Below are positions 63,065-64,000 of a DNA stretch of 64,000 bases, in pieces. The number at the start of each line of letters is the position of its first letter. Position 1 is the stretch's first letter. The stretch comes from Candidatus Poribacteria bacterium (lineage in GTDB: Bacteria > Poribacteria > WGA-4E > PCPOR2b), in assembly GCA_965208675.1 (NCBI GenBank), contig OZ242351.1:2624001-2688000 (forward strand), in the 5' to 3' direction. A program made the position numbers and the translations under genes. The notes under the pieces were generated by a model. The model saw nothing but the letters and a program-made list of their open reading frames with translations, ran no database searches and was not told the origin of the DNA.

Positions 63065-64000
63065 ATGAAAAAAAACGATGTACGGCTTTTCGGATTCGTT
63101 TTGTTGTTAGGTTGGCTTTCTCCGATTAGCCTTGCAGAAGAATGGTCCAAGAAAACAGGTATGCCGACCCCAAGACTGTGGTGCTCCACATGTACATTGA
63201 ACGGAAAGATTTACGCCATTGGCGGCGCAGCGGAAGGACCACCGCTTTCGACGATTGAAGAATTCAATCCGGTATCAAATGAATGGACGCAGAAACCGAA
63301 TATGCCGATGGCAAAAGCAAGCATGTCCGCGTGCGTCGTGGATGAAAAAATTTACGTCATTGGGGGATGGGCAGCTCTGCCGAACGTTACTTTTCTTGCC
63401 ACAACAGAGACTTACAATCCTGTCTTGGAACAGTGGGAAAATAAACGCAAAATGCCAACTGCAAGAGCGTTTTTTTCCACGGGGGTAGTGAATGGGAAGA
63501 TTTATGCGATTGGGGGCGTTCCCGACCAACTTGGACCGGTACTCGCCATCGTAGAGGAATATGATCCAATGCTCAACATATGGAGGCGGAAAGCGGATAT
63601 GCTGACCGCGAGAGCGGGTGCGTCTGCAAGTGTTGTTGACGGTAAAATTTATGTGATTGGAGGGGTTACTCAGGTGCAGGGGCCTGTGCTTGACACCGTA
63701 GAAGCATATGACCCAGTCCTCGACAAATGGACCGTAGCGGCTGACATGCCGACCGCAAGAACCGCATTGTCCACCAGCGTGGCAAATGGGAAGATTTACG
63801 CCATCGGCGGCACAGCCGAAGTGACAGGGCCGGGGCTTCCAACTGTAGAAGAATATGATTCGGCAACAAATACTTGGACGCGTCAGCCCGACATGCCAAC
63901 GCCGCGGGTGTTTTTGTCTACTAGCGCCGTAGATGGGATAATTTATGCCATCGGTGGTACTGCAGCAGGAGTCGGCCCGGGACTTCCAACAGTAGAAAGC
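63065..64000 (+). CDS. Secreted Kelch-repeat protein (runs off the window)
   Basis: Read manually: MKKNDVRLFGFVLLLGWLSPISLAEEW..., then repeated MPTAR...V.GKIYAIGG...VEEYDP...W. Confidence 0.92.
   Translation, partial: MKKNDVRLFGFVLLLGWLSPISLAEEWSKKTGMPTPRLWCSTCTLNGKIYAIGGAAEGPPLSTIEEFNPVSNEWTQKPNMPMAKASMSACVVDEKIYVIGGWAALPNVTFLATTETYNPVLEQWENKRKMPTARAFFSTGVVNGKIYAIGGVPDQLGPVLAIVEEYDPMLNIWRRKADMLTARAGASASVVDGKIYVIGGVTQVQGPVLDTVEAYDPVLDKWTVAADMPTARTALSTSVANGKIYAIGGTAEVTGPGLPTVEEYDSATNTWTRQPDMPTPRVFLSTSAVDGIIYAIGGTAAGVGPGLPTVES

Noticed and set aside
9-63899. Numerous short antisense or overlapping ORFs in the six-frame track
   Set aside because: They are shadows of well-supported genes on the opposite strand or another frame, with no recognisable motifs.

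Overview
A 64-kb bacterial chromosomal segment. Its gene-family signature points to Candidatus Poribacteria, a sponge-associated lineage (inference). That signature includes WD40, LRR, Kelch and HAF repeat proteins, a C-terminal 'LLQNYPNPFNPETWIPY' FlgD-like tail, ECF sigma factors fused to long membrane-anchored domains, and a PhyH dioxygenase. Left to right the window holds minD/minC, a LarA-family racemase, D-cysteine desulfhydrase-like and tandem Ldh_2 enzymes, mobA, an extended ECF sigma factor and a frameshifted MrfA/Hrq1-type DUF1998 helicase. It continues with hisI-trpE-trpG, DUF2851, cydAB, IS5-family elements and a chimeric C-terminal half of MetH. A Zur-boxed zinc-starvation island follows, then a tandem array of nine LivJ-like substrate-binding lipoproteins with no transporter core, an ECF-WD40 fusion, oxidoreductases and a Kelch protein. 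The most notable signal is an unannotated 33-codon leader peptide with interleaved His and Trp codons (HNWHWWHSNW). It comes with mutually exclusive antiterminator and terminator hairpins upstream of hisI-trpE-trpG, which suggests a dual His/Trp translational attenuator. Also notable are a sigma54-type promoter with a structured RNA leader before the helicase and a ~30-bp modular micro-element found at least nine times, mostly within or beside REP-like palindromes. No rRNA, tRNA or CRISPR array was seen. All calls were made by eye, without database searches.
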